NCBI GenBank assembly: GCA_016791105.1
Contig: JAEUNM010000099.1
Span: 36,191-100,190 of the forward strand
DNA: 64,000 nucleotides
Origin: Rhodocyclaceae bacterium
GTDB lineage: Bacteria; Pseudomonadota; Gammaproteobacteria; Burkholderiales; Rhodocyclaceae
Direction: 5' to 3'
The position numbers and the translations under genes are program-made. The notes beneath the pieces were generated by a model. The model ran no database searches and had not been told where the DNA came from. It saw only the letters and a program-made list of their open reading frames with translations. Shown one piece after another: positions 10,711 through 20,215 of the stretch (within the stretch, counting starts at the first letter, position 1; every line of letters begins with the position of its first letter).

Positions 10711-11642
10711 CGGCCTTGCTCGCCGCCGGACAAAATGCGGCTATCCACCTGTTCGGCCGCGTCCACTTCCAGCTGTTTGCCGTCGGACAGCAATGCCTGT
10801 TCGGCGCGCTTGTTCAGCACGACGATGCTGATGCGGCGATTAGCCGGGTTGTACGGGTCGTCCTTGTCATACGGTATGGTCGAGGCGAGGCCGACCACGC
10901 GCAGTACCTTGGCGTCTGCCATGCCGCCCGCCACGAGTTCGCGCCGCGATGCATTGGCGCGCATGGAGGACAATTCCCAGTTGCCGAATCCGCGCTCGCC
11001 GCCCACAAAGGGCGTCGCATCCGTGTGGCCGGTCAGTGAAATGCGGTTTTCCACCTGATTCAGCACATAACCGATCTGGTGCAGGATGTCGCGCGTATAG
11101 GGCTTCAGGTCTGACGAGGCGGAATCGAACATGGGACGGTTTTTTTCGTCCACGATCTGGATGCGCAGGCCTTCCGAGGTCACATCCAGCAGCAACTGAT
11201 TGCGGAACGGGCGCAATTCCGGACTGGCCTCTATCATCGCCTCTATGCTGCTTTTCAGTTCGTTGAGGCGCACCCGCTCGCGCCGCTCGGCATCTTCACG
11301 CTGCCCGGTCAGATTGATGGATTTGCGCTTGGCTTCGATATCGCCGCCCTTCACCTGGCCGGCCGAGCGCGTCAAATCCTTGCCGCCGCCCTTGATGATG
11401 CTGGAGGAATCGCCGGAGCCCGTACCGCCGCCCATCGCCACTTTGAGCGGCGACTGAAAAAACTCTGCAATGCCTTGCAGATCGCCCTGCGCCGTCGAAC
11501 CAAGCAGCCACATGAGCAGGAAAAATGCCATCATCGCGGTCACGAAATCGGCATAGGCGATTTTCCACGCGCCACCATGATGGCCGCCGCCGCCTTTCTT
11601 GATTTTCTTGACTACGATAGGTTGCTGGGTGTCGTCGGCCAT
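10707..11642 (-). CDS. motB: Flagellar motor stator protein MotB
   Basis: N-terminal TM with a conserved Asp region (AWKIAYADFVTAMMAFFLLMWL) and a C-terminal OmpA-like peptidoglycan-binding domain (TGHTD...NWELSSMRANASRR). Confidence 0.95.
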   Translation of the reverse strand: MADDTQQPIVVKKIKKGGGGHHGGAWKIAYADFVTAMMAFFLLMWLLGSTAQGDLQGIAEFFQSPLKVAMGGGTGSGDSSSIIKGGGKDLTRSAGQVKGGDIEAKRKSINLTGQREDAERRERVRLNELKSSIEAMIEASPELRPFRNQLLLDVTSEGLRIQIVDEKNRPMFDSASSDLKPYTRDILHQIGYVLNQVENRISLTGHTDATPFVGGERGFGNWELSSMRANASRRELVAGGMADAKVLRVVGLASTIPYDKDDPYNPANRRISIVVLNKRAEQALLSDGKQLEVDAAEQVDSRILSGGEQGR

Positions 11643-11693
11643 GATGTGCGCGCAGAATTGCCGTTAGCCTTGCGTTCAGACCGCGTCAGCAAT

Positions 11694-12551
11694 TCACTTC
11701 TTGCGGTTCTTGATTTCTTCCTCGAGTTCCTTGAATCCCGGGCGGTCGGACGCAAACAGCACCTTGCGGCCGAATTCGACGGCAACCTGGGGTGCATAGC
11801 CATTCATGCTGGCAAGCAGTACGGCTTTCATGCTGAGATACATTTTGGTTTCTTCCTCGAGCTTGCCTTCGAGCACGGTGGCAAGCGGGCCGACGAAGCC
11901 GTACGAAAGCAGAATACCCAGGAAGGTGCCGACCAGCGCCGCGGCGATCAGTTTGCCCAGTTCGGCGGGCGGCAGGCCCACCGATTCCATCGTATGCACC
12001 ACGCCCATGACCGCCGCCACGATGCCGAATGCCGGCAACGAATCTGCCGCGCGTGCGACCGCGTGCGCCGGCGTATGGCCTTCCTGGTGGTGCGATTCGA
12101 TTTCGGCGTCCATCAGACTTTCGATTTCGAACGCATTGAGGTTGCCGCCCACCATCATGCGCAGGTAGTCACACAGAAATTCCATGGCATGGTGATCTGC
12201 CGCGAGCGTGGGATATTTGGAAAAAATCGGGCTCGCCTCGGGATTTTCGATGTCGCCCTCGATGGACATGAGGCCTTCCTTGCGCACCTTGGACAATATT
12301 TCATACAGCATCGCCAGCAGGTCGATATAGAGCGCCTTGGAAAATTTCGACCCCTTGAATACCGTCGGCAGGGCACCGAATGTCTGCTTGACCACCTTGG
12401 GGCTGTTGGCGACGAAAAATGCGCCCAGCGTGGCGCCGCCGATGGACAGAAGTTCCGTCGGCTGGATGAGGGAGTGCACATGCCCCCCGGCCAGCATGAA
12501 ACCGCCCAGGCAGGCACCGACGATCACTACATAACCGATGATGACGAACAT
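11694..12551 (-). CDS. motA: Flagellar motor stator protein MotA
   Basis: 285 aa, four TM segments, MotA/ExbB proton-channel signature. Immediately upstream of motB. Confidence 0.95.
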   Translation of the reverse strand: MFVIIGYVVIVGACLGGFMLAGGHVHSLIQPTELLSIGGATLGAFFVANSPKVVKQTFGALPTVFKGSKFSKALYIDLLAMLYEILSKVRKEGLMSIEGDIENPEASPIFSKYPTLAADHHAMEFLCDYLRMMVGGNLNAFEIESLMDAEIESHHQEGHTPAHAVARAADSLPAFGIVAAVMGVVHTMESVGLPPAELGKLIAAALVGTFLGILLSYGFVGPLATVLEGKLEEETKMYLSMKAVLLASMNGYAPQVAVEFGRKVLFASDRPGFKELEEEIKNRKK

Positions 12552-12586
12552 GCGGGGAGCCCATATCTGATTCGCTTGCGCCTGAA

Positions 12587-12613
12587 GTATCGACGCCTAC
12601 CGGTAAAACTTGA
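12587..12613 (-). promoter_or_regulatory. Candidate sigma-28 (FliA) promoter upstream of motA
   Basis: Minus strand reads TCAAGTTT-TACCGGTAGGC-GTCGATAC: -35 matches 7/8, spacer is 11, -10 matches 6/8 against TAAAGTTT-N11-GCCGATAA. It ends about 35 nt before the motA ATG. Confidence 0.65.
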
Positions 12614-12760
12614 GGCAAGCGAATCCCTCTGCGGCGCCTGCGGGCGGCGCAAGCTGCCCAGTGCGGAGCAAACGCATGCCGGCGCGGCCGCTGCCGGAGC
12701 GCGGCTGCTGTGCGGGCGCCGCCCACACTCATCGAGGTGCGTTAATCGTTGTGGCGGCAC

Positions 12761-12790
12761 AAAAAAAAAAGCCACTGCATAGGCAGTGGC
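12761..12790 (-). terminator. Rho-independent terminator downstream of flhC
   Basis: Minus strand reads GCCACTGC-CTAT-GCAGTGGC followed by T10. Located about 75 nt after the flhC stop. Confidence 0.85.
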
Positions 12791-12864
12791 TAAACTCACC
12801 TTGCTTTGCGCAAGGCGGGGGTCATCGTCGTCGTGGCCGGCCGCGGGCGGCCTGCCACGTGCAT

Positions 12865-13413
12865 TCAGTTAGGCGGCGCAGCGGATAGGGCTTCCTTGGC
12901 GCGCTTGGTTTTGCCGGCGCGCGCCGGCACGTTGCACAGCCCGCACACATAGTGCCGCACGGGGTCGTAAGCGTGCGCCACGTAGCGGCCGCCGCAGCGC
13001 GTGCAGCCTGCGAGCTGCAGCAAATTGGCATCGAAAAATCGCACCAGGGTCCATGCACGCGTCAGCGTGAGTACTTCCTCAAGGGCATTCGTCTCGACAT
13101 GCCCGCGGTACATGCGGAAGGCCTTGATGATCGCCTCCAGCTCGCTCAGTTCCGCGTTGCTGCGCAAAAACGTGTAGAAGGACATGAATAGCGAGGCATG
13201 TATATTCGGCTGCCAGCTCATGAACCAGTCGGTCGAGAACGGCAGCATGCCTTTCGGCGGCGACACGCCCTTCACCTCTTTATACAGTTTCAACAGGCGC
13301 TCGCGCGATACATTGGTTTCCGCTTCGAGCATTTGCAGCCGCGCGCCCAACTCGATCATTTCCACCGCAAGCTGGATTTCCCGCGCTTCGGTTACCACGC
13401 TCTTATTGCGCAT
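12865..13413 (-). CDS. flhC: Flagellar master regulator subunit FlhC
   Basis: 182 aa. Typical FlhC N-terminus (SVVTEAREIQLAVEMIELGARLQMLE) and a C-terminal Zn-cysteine cluster (CTRCGG...CGLC). Confidence 0.95.
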   Translation of the reverse strand: MRNKSVVTEAREIQLAVEMIELGARLQMLEAETNVSRERLLKLYKEVKGVSPPKGMLPFSTDWFMSWQPNIHASLFMSFYTFLRSNAELSELEAIIKAFRMYRGHVETNALEEVLTLTRAWTLVRFFDANLLQLAGCTRCGGRYVAHAYDPVRHYVCGLCNVPARAGKTKRAKEALSAAPPN

Positions 13414-13445
13414 TTGGCTGCCCCTGTCCCTTGATCGCGCGTCGC

Positions 13446-13763
13446 TCAGGCCAGCGTCTCGAGCGGCTTGGACGCAGCGATGATGGTGGCATGGAGGCGG
13501 CCGACGCCATTGCCGGTTTCGTGGTTGGACAACAGGCCAACCAACACGCGGTCATCGAAGCGGAAGCGCGCCAGCAGCAGGTCTGCACCCGCCATGCGGA
13601 GCAACTGGCTGGGGGTGAGATTTTCGATCAGCTCGGCGATTTCGACGCTTACGCCCAGGCGGAACATCGCCGCGGCGCGGTCTTCGCGCAGCATGTGCTG
13701 GGCAAGCATGAGGTAGGACAGATTCAGTTCCTTGATCTCGTTCTGCATGTCTGTGCTGGCCAT
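13446..13763 (-). CDS. flhD: Flagellar master regulator subunit FlhD
   Basis: 105 aa. FlhD signature (IKELNLSYLMLAQHML...FRLGVS). Directly upstream of flhC. Confidence 0.93.
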   Translation of the reverse strand: MASTDMQNEIKELNLSYLMLAQHMLREDRAAAMFRLGVSVEIAELIENLTPSQLLRMAGADLLLARFRFDDRVLVGLLSNHETGNGVGRLHATIIAASKPLETLA

Positions 13764-13976
13764 GATGCTCTCCGTTTCGGTTCGCGGCAGCCAAATCCGG
13801 CTGCGTCATGGTTGTATTCTGGGCGAAGCGACGAAAGTCCGAAATCAGGCGAACTCGGTAAATGATGTAGTCAAGGCCACCCAGGAAAATGTAGGAATAA
13901 TTCCTACATGCGGGATCGGGCGCAATTCAAATGGTATACGGCGCGCCGGCCACGGACTTTAGGGGGAACCGGGTAA

Positions 13977-15923
13977 TCAGGCCGGTTTTTTTTGCACGCA
14001 CTCGACGCGGTTGCGGCCGCGCTGCTTGGCCAGATACACGGCCTGGTCGGCACGCTTGATGAGTGCGTCGAAATCCGCCATGTCGGGTTCGCGCACCGCC
14101 ACGCCGACGCTGATGCTGCCCTTCAACTGCAACATGCCGGCCATGATGGGCATGGTTTCGACGCCGCGCCGTACGCGCTCGCCGCAGGCCAGCGCCTGGT
14201 CCAGCGCGGTGTCGGGACATATCACGAGAAATTCGTCGCCGCCGGTGCGGCATACCACGTCCTGCGCGCGCAAGCCGCGCTTGAGTGCCTGCGCGGCCTG
14301 ACGCAGCACGGCATCGCCCACGTCGTGTCCGTAGGTGTCGTTGATCTGCTTGAAGCCATCCAGGTCTATCATCATGCAGCACAGTGGCCGCAAACTGCGC
14401 GTGGTGGCGGCCCATTCCTGGCCGATGCGGTCCATCGCGTAGCGGCGGTTGGGGAAGCCGGTCAGCGCGTCGGTGAGCGCGACTTCCTGCAGGCGCCGGT
14501 TGGTGACGGCAAGTTCAGCCGCGAAATGGCGAATTTCTTCGCGATCGCGTTCGATTTCCTGCTGCATGCGGATTACCCGCTGGCCGGCACGTATGCGCGC
14601 GGCAAGGACGCGCGGCTTGAACGGTTTGGCGATGAAATCGTCCACCCCGCTTTCAAACGCTTCGACCAAGCGGTCGTCATCTTCCAGGCTGGTCAGGATG
14701 ATGATGTAAATGCTGCGGCCGACCCGCGTTTCGCGCAGCGCGCGGGTAAGTTCTATGCCGTCCATGGCCGGCATGAGCCAATCGATGATCATGAGTTGGG
14801 GCTGTAATTCGAGCGCGCTTTCCAGACCAGCACGCCCGTCCGCCGCAAGCTGCACCTCGTGGCCGGCTTTTTCCAGAATCGCCTTCAGCGTGGCGCGCAG
14901 GGTGGGGTCGTCATCCACGACCACGATGCGCAGCGGGTTGCGATCGCCCGGCCCGAGGGCAATATCCGCCACGGCTGGCACCTGTTCGGCGGCAAGCTGG
15001 GCGCGCTGCACGAGGCTGTCGAAAGCCGGCATGCTGGGTGCGCGCAGGGCCAGCATTTTTGACCATTCGTTCCAGTCCGCTACTACTTTGTCGGCGATGC
15101 TCGCCAATGCATCGCGCTCTATGCCCAGGCGCCCGCCCAATTCGAGCGCACGCTGCATCAGTGTGTCGCGCTGTGGCTCGCTACCCATGCAGATGGCGGC
15201 AAACTGGCGCGCCAGGGCCAGCGACAGGGTAAGCTGAAACTGCCGCGTGCCTTCGGGGAAGCCTGCGCGCTCGGGTACTTCGTGGTGCAGTACCGAATCG
15301 GTGAATACGCGCGGAATGCCCCAGTCGCCCAGCATGGCGGCCGACAGTTCCGGGCTGGTCACGCCGAAGCGGCGCCGCTCCAGAGCGGCGCGTTCCTGGC
15401 TGGGGTCCGCCCGATAATCGCGCAAGGCGCGCGAATATTCATCCGGATAGAGGGTTGCCAGCGCCAGTTCGCCTATGCGCGCGAGCAGTCCGACGCAAAA
15501 TGTTTCTTCCACGCCGGCGGCACGCACGCGCACTGCCAGCGCCTGCATGGCGATCGCGCAAACGATGGATCCGGACCAGTGCGCGTCGTATTCGAATTCT
15601 GCACATTTGCCCTGGCCGTAGTGCGTGAGCAGCGAAAACCCGAGCGCCAGATTGCGCACTGCCGGCACGCCCAGCACGATGAGCGCATCCTGCACGGACG
15701 CCACCGGACGCCGGCTGTGCTGCACCAGTCCATTCGCGGAGCGGATCAGTCGCGCGACGAAAGCAGGATCGGATTTGATCACGCGCGCCAGTTCGCCCGT
15801 AGAGATGTCTTCGCGCTGCGTCAGGCGGATGATGGCCAGGGCAACCCCTTTCGGGGACGGTAACTCGCCCGTAGCTTTGAGCTGCTCGAACTTGCTGATA
15901 TCGATCGGACTCATGACCGGCAT
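13977..15923 (-). CDS. HDOD-REC-GGDEF diguanylate cyclase
   Basis: HDOD region (ELPSPKGVALAIIRL...SDPAFVARLIRSANG), receiver (VVVDDDP...IIDWLMPAMDG), GGDEF domain with an intact GGDEF motif and RAQD five residues upstream (I-site). Start set at MPVMSPID (15923). ORF track gives 15983. Confidence 0.92.
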   Translation of the reverse strand: MPVMSPIDISKFEQLKATGELPSPKGVALAIIRLTQREDISTGELARVIKSDPAFVARLIRSANGLVQHSRRPVASVQDALIVLGVPAVRNLALGFSLLTHYGQGKCAEFEYDAHWSGSIVCAIAMQALAVRVRAAGVEETFCVGLLARIGELALATLYPDEYSRALRDYRADPSQERAALERRRFGVTSPELSAAMLGDWGIPRVFTDSVLHHEVPERAGFPEGTRQFQLTLSLALARQFAAICMGSEPQRDTLMQRALELGGRLGIERDALASIADKVVADWNEWSKMLALRAPSMPAFDSLVQRAQLAAEQVPAVADIALGPGDRNPLRIVVVDDDPTLRATLKAILEKAGHEVQLAADGRAGLESALELQPQLMIIDWLMPAMDGIELTRALRETRVGRSIYIIILTSLEDDDRLVEAFESGVDDFIAKPFKPRVLAARIRAGQRVIRMQQEIERDREEIRHFAAELAVTNRRLQEVALTDALTGFPNRRYAMDRIGQEWAATTRSLRPLCCMMIDLDGFKQINDTYGHDVGDAVLRQAAQALKRGLRAQDVVCRTGGDEFLVICPDTALDQALACGERVRRGVETMPIMAGMLQLKGSISVGVAVREPDMADFDALIKRADQAVYLAKQRGRNRVECVQKKPA

Positions 15924-16189
15924 TGCGATTCTTTCTCGTCGGGTGCCTGACCACCTCTCGCGGTCCAGGGCGTGCATTTCCACTTATCGGCGCAGTTGCT
16001 TCAAGCTTTAGCGCAGCGGCAAACCGTCACCATCAGGCATATGGTAACGCCACACTTGTGCTTGCGGGCAGGTATGGCACAGCTTGCCAGATTGTTTTGC
16101 GTGCGGTGGCCACGAAAGTCGCGCCGGCGGCGCGCGGTACAATGCCGTCATCGGCAGTTTCCGGCCGCTCGGGCAGCGGCAGCTTGATC

Positions 16190-16765
16190 ATGAATTTTTG
16201 CAGCAACTGCGGCCACCCGGTCAATCTTAAGGTTCCCGCGGGCGACACTTTGCCGCGCCACGTGTGCGGCAACTGCGGCAGCATCCACTACCAAAATCCG
16301 AAAATTATCGTCGGCGCCCTGGCCGAGTGGGATGACCGCGTGCTCATGTGCCGGCGCGCCATCGAGCCGCGCTACGGGCTGTGGACCTTGCCCGCCGGCT
16401 TCATGGAGTGCGGCGAGGACAGCCTACAGGGCGCGCTGCGCGAAACGCTCGAAGAAGCCGGCGCGCGCATCGAAATTCAGGGTCTATACAGCATTATCAA
16501 CATTACCTACGTCGATCAGATTTATCTGATTTACCGCGCACGCCTGCTCGACCTGGATTTTTGCGCCGGCGAGGAATCGCTGGAAGTGCGTCTGATGCAG
16601 GAATCCGAGGTGCCCTGGGGGGAATTGGCTTTTCGCAGCATCGATCTGACCTTGCGCGCCTACTTTCGCGACCGCCCGACGCGCCGCTTCGATCTGTTCG
16701 AAGCCACGCTGGATCGCCGCCACAGCGCCGCGCGGCTGATTACCCCACCCGCCGCGACAGATTGA
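16190..16765 (+). CDS. Nudix hydrolase with N-terminal zinc ribbon
   Basis: CSNCG...CGNCG zinc ribbon, then the Nudix box GFMECGEDSLQGALRETLEEAGA (Gx5Ex7REUxEExGU). ATG at 16190. The upstream part of ORF 15923..16765 is noise. Confidence 0.85.
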   Translation: MNFCSNCGHPVNLKVPAGDTLPRHVCGNCGSIHYQNPKIIVGALAEWDDRVLMCRRAIEPRYGLWTLPAGFMECGEDSLQGALRETLEEAGARIEIQGLYSIINITYVDQIYLIYRARLLDLDFCAGEESLEVRLMQESEVPWGELAFRSIDLTLRAYFRDRPTRRFDLFEATLDRRHSAARLITPPAATD

Positions 16766-16780
16766 GCGCGTTCGCCCGGC

Positions 16781-19312
16781 TCAGCCGCCGAGCGAAAACG
16801 TGAATTCCGCGCCCTTGCCGAGTTGTCCTTCGGCGCTTACCCGGCCGCCGTGCAGGCGCACGATGCGCTGTACGATGGCGAGGCCGATGCCGGTGCCTTC
16901 GTAGTCCTTTGAATTGTGCAGGCGCTGAAATGGCCCGAACATGCGCCCGGCGTAGGCCATGTCGAAGCCGGCACCGTTATCACGCACGTGGAAGTACCGC
17001 ACCCCTTCGCGCTCGTCCGAACTGAAGTGAATTTCCGCGTTTTCGCATTGCCGCGTGAATTTCCATGCATTGCGCAACAGGTTGTCGAGCAGGACGCGTA
17101 CCAGGCCGGGGTCGGCATCCACCCACATATCCGATTGCACCGTCCACACCACTTTGCGGTCCGGCTCGGCGGCGCGCAATTCCTGCAAAATTTCTTCGGC
17201 CTGCGCGCTCAGGCTGACCAGGGCGGTGCGCACTTCTTTGCGTGAAACGCGCGACAACTCAAGCAGATCGTCGATCAATTCGCCCATGCGCTGGCTGTTG
17301 CGGCGTATGCGCTGCAGGTAGTCCTTGCCCGCGTCGTCCAGTATGTCGTGATAATCCTCGATCAACACGCGCGAAAAACCATCCAGCGCGCGCAGGGGCG
17401 TGCGCAGGTCGTGCGATACCGAATAGCTGAATGCTTCGAGTTCGCTGTTGGCGGCTTCGAGCTGGGCCGTACGCCCGCGCACGCGCGATTCGAGTTCACT
17501 GTTGAGGCGCTGGATTTCTTCCATCTGTTTGCGCCGTATGCGCTCCGACTGCTTAAGGTGGGTAATGTCGCGCCCGATCACAACCAGTCCGGTCACCTGG
17601 CCGGCGGCATTGCGCAGCGGCGCCTTGAGCAGGTCGAAGCTGCGCCGCAGGCCGTCCGACAAGGTAAGTACCTGTTCGATATGCTGCTGGCGCCCCCCCT
17701 GCAGCACTTCGCGGTCGGAATCCTGTCCCTCTATCACCAGTTCGTTGAGTTGCGGTGCCACTAGCAGCAATTCGTCCGGGCTGCGCCCGCGCCAGTCCGA
17801 TTCGCGCAGCGAAAATGCCGTCATGATGGCCTGATTGGCCACCAGCCACTCGCCGCTGCGGTTTTTCATGACCACCCAGTCGGGCGAGGCGTCGAGCAAG
17901 GCACGCAATTCGAACTGGCTGCGCTGCACCTCGTCCTGGGCGCGCATTTGCTCGCTGGCATCCTGCGCCAGGCCACGGTAGCCGGCAAACTGGCCGCCGG
18001 CATCGAATACCGGCGCCCCCGCCACGCGCAGGTAACGCCATTGTTCCGGCCCCTCGCGAAAACGCAGCATGAAATCCCGGAACGGTTCATGCGCTTCCAG
18101 CGTGCGCTGCATGCTTTCCCAGCCGGCGCTGAGCGCTTCGCGGCCCGGCAATTCCCATGGGTGCAGCCCATAAACTTCGGCATCTTCGACACGATTCGGG
18201 GCCGCCTGGCGCAGATCGGCGTAATGCGTGAAGCGTAAATTCGCGTCCAGGTTCCAATATACGTCGCAGGATGCGTGCACCAGGGTACGAAAATGCTGCT
18301 CGCTGGCGAGGAGGCGCGCCTGTTCGAACTGGTTTTCCGAGTTATTGCCATGCACCAGCAGCACCAGCGCGGCTGCCACCATGACGAACAGGTGAAGATT
18401 GAACAGCACTTCGGGCGCCACCGCCGCCGAATCGAGGCCATGACCGACGGCCGTGACGACCAGCGCCGACACCGCGAACGCCAGCGCCGCGATCTGGGCC
18501 GCCATGCCGGTCAAGCGGATAGCGCCCCACACGAGCAATGGAACGAGCAGCAGGTGCAACTGGTAATCGCCGGCTTGCGACCAGAACGGCCCGAAGCTCA
18601 CGCTGGCGACGGCGGCGCCAACCAGTGCCAGCGCCGCCACCGCGCCGGGAGCCAGGTTGGCGGCGGCACGCCGATCCCACATGCCGCGGCAGAACAGAGG
18701 AGTCACCAGCATGACGGCCGACGCGTTGCCTATCCACCAGCCCGGCAAGGCATCACGCGCCTGTGACATGTCCTGTCCGCTTGCCAGATCCAGGGCAAAA
18801 TTTGCCAGCGCCGCCAAGCCTGCCGCGAGGCCACCGCCCAGGGTGACGAGCAGAACCGCACCGCGCATGCTCAAGCAAAATCCGCCATTGGCCAAACTTG
18901 GCCGCATGAGCGGCGCAGCAACGAGGGCAGGCAGGATGGCGGTGGCAAACGTTGCCAGGATGGCGGCCGGGGTCAGCGCTCCGAAAGGGGCCACTGCAAG
19001 CGCGCTGCCCAGCAACACTCCGGGCAGAACCCGCATGCCGTAGCGGCCCAAAGCCCCGAGGTTCAAGCCCAGCAGCGGCCACGCCACACCGGCCGGCACG
19101 GCTGAAGCGAAAAATCTGCCGAAGGCCAAGCAGGCGAAAATCAGGACGGCGAGGGTGAGGTTTTCGCGCAATGCAGCCGCGAGGCCACTCGGCCGGCCTG
19201 GCGTGCCGGCACCATGCGGGGCGACGCCAGACTCACCCGCGCTCACGGCCTGCCACTTGGAAGCGCCATTTTGAAATCCCGCTTTGCCGAGCGAATGCCG
19301 CAGGCAGGCCAT
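16781..19312 (-). CDS. Membrane sensor histidine kinase (multi-TM MASE1-like N-terminus, PAS domains, HisKA, HATPase)
   Basis: About 300 aa of hydrophobic helices, PAS-like repeats, H-box SHDLRTPLRAL, and N/G boxes (DNGAGF, GTGIGLAIV). Exact start is uncertain. Confidence 0.88.
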   Translation of the reverse strand: MACLRHSLGKAGFQNGASKWQAVSAGESGVAPHGAGTPGRPSGLAAALRENLTLAVLIFACLAFGRFFASAVPAGVAWPLLGLNLGALGRYGMRVLPGVLLGSALAVAPFGALTPAAILATFATAILPALVAAPLMRPSLANGGFCLSMRGAVLLVTLGGGLAAGLAALANFALDLASGQDMSQARDALPGWWIGNASAVMLVTPLFCRGMWDRRAAANLAPGAVAALALVGAAVASVSFGPFWSQAGDYQLHLLLVPLLVWGAIRLTGMAAQIAALAFAVSALVVTAVGHGLDSAAVAPEVLFNLHLFVMVAAALVLLVHGNNSENQFEQARLLASEQHFRTLVHASCDVYWNLDANLRFTHYADLRQAAPNRVEDAEVYGLHPWELPGREALSAGWESMQRTLEAHEPFRDFMLRFREGPEQWRYLRVAGAPVFDAGGQFAGYRGLAQDASEQMRAQDEVQRSQFELRALLDASPDWVVMKNRSGEWLVANQAIMTAFSLRESDWRGRSPDELLLVAPQLNELVIEGQDSDREVLQGGRQQHIEQVLTLSDGLRRSFDLLKAPLRNAAGQVTGLVVIGRDITHLKQSERIRRKQMEEIQRLNSELESRVRGRTAQLEAANSELEAFSYSVSHDLRTPLRALDGFSRVLIEDYHDILDDAGKDYLQRIRRNSQRMGELIDDLLELSRVSRKEVRTALVSLSAQAEEILQELRAAEPDRKVVWTVQSDMWVDADPGLVRVLLDNLLRNAWKFTRQCENAEIHFSSDEREGVRYFHVRDNGAGFDMAYAGRMFGPFQRLHNSKDYEGTGIGLAIVQRIVRLHGGRVSAEGQLGKGAEFTFSLGG

Positions 19313-19466
19313 TCCGACGGCTTCCCGGCAGAATGCACTTGTTTGCGCGCGATGCAGTCAAGGGCCGCATGATCCTCAGGGCGGTGGCGGGCGGATACCG
19401 AAATTCCAGCTTGTTCCGGCCATGATGATGCCACATCTCCCCCCAGCCGGCGTTGCCGTCAATGCA

Positions 19467-20117
19467 TCATTCATCGGCCCGCACGTCTATGCTCACATCG
19501 ACGGCAAAGGCACGTCCGCGCAATGACACTGGCAAGACAACGCGATCGACCGCGCGCGCAACCAGGGCGCGCGCACTGCTGTCGGTGGCGGCGTGGCCGC
19601 TGGACTGGCGCACGGTGATCGCGCGCGCGAGGCCGCGCGCGTCGTGCTCGACGCGCAGGTCCACCGTCGCGCCAGCGGCGAGGGCAAGTTCATCATGGTG
19701 CGGGCGCAATTCATGGGCCGCCAAGGCGAGTGCCCAGCGATAGCGTCGCAGGGAGTCGGCGTCCGGTGCCGCTTCGGTACCGGCAGCGGGCGGAACTTCC
19801 GTCCCGGGTCCCGGCCTGCCCGGCGAGGCCGCGACAGCTTCGGCCGGAATGGACCGAAACTTTGCCGGCGCACCCGGACTATCCCGCTCGCGCCGCGGAG
19901 AAAATGCAACTGCAGCCGGCGGCTGCGCAGGCGACTCCACCCCCTGTGGTACAGCAATCTGCACCTGCAATGCAGCCATATGCACACCCGACACTGGCGC
20001 CACCTGGCGTGCAACCAGCGCCGGCCAAAGGAGTCCCAGGTGCAGGAGGGCGGAAAACAGCAGCGCCAGGACGAGACCACCAACGCGCCGACGGGCCGGT
20101 TGCAATTTGATTGCCAT
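19467..20117 (-). CDS. TonB-like membrane protein (N-terminal anchor, Pro/Ala-rich spacer, small C-terminal domain)
   Basis: Start taken at MAIKLQPARRRVGGLVLALLFSALLH (TM). Pro-rich middle region. Family assignment rests on architecture only. Confidence 0.5.
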   Translation of the reverse strand: MAIKLQPARRRVGGLVLALLFSALLHLGLLWPALVARQVAPVSGVHMAALQVQIAVPQGVESPAQPPAAVAFSPRRERDSPGAPAKFRSIPAEAVAASPGRPGPGTEVPPAAGTEAAPDADSLRRYRWALALAAHELRPHHDELALAAGATVDLRVEHDARGLARAITVRQSSGHAATDSSARALVARAVDRVVLPVSLRGRAFAVDVSIDVRADE

Positions 20118-20215
20118 TGGTTTAAGTTGCCGTGGGCGCGCCGTGGGCACATCGGCGTTGCAAGATTTTTCACCAGTATCGATTTTAGGCTGGCGCGCAA
20201 GCCAGGACGACGAAA

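Noticed and set aside
13960-13992. AACCGG-N9-CCGGTT hairpin followed by T8 on the plus strand, which looks like a terminator
   Set aside because: No plus-strand gene lies upstream. The T-run is simply the Lys-Lys codons at the 3-prime end of the minus-strand GGDEF gene, so the resemblance is probably coincidental.
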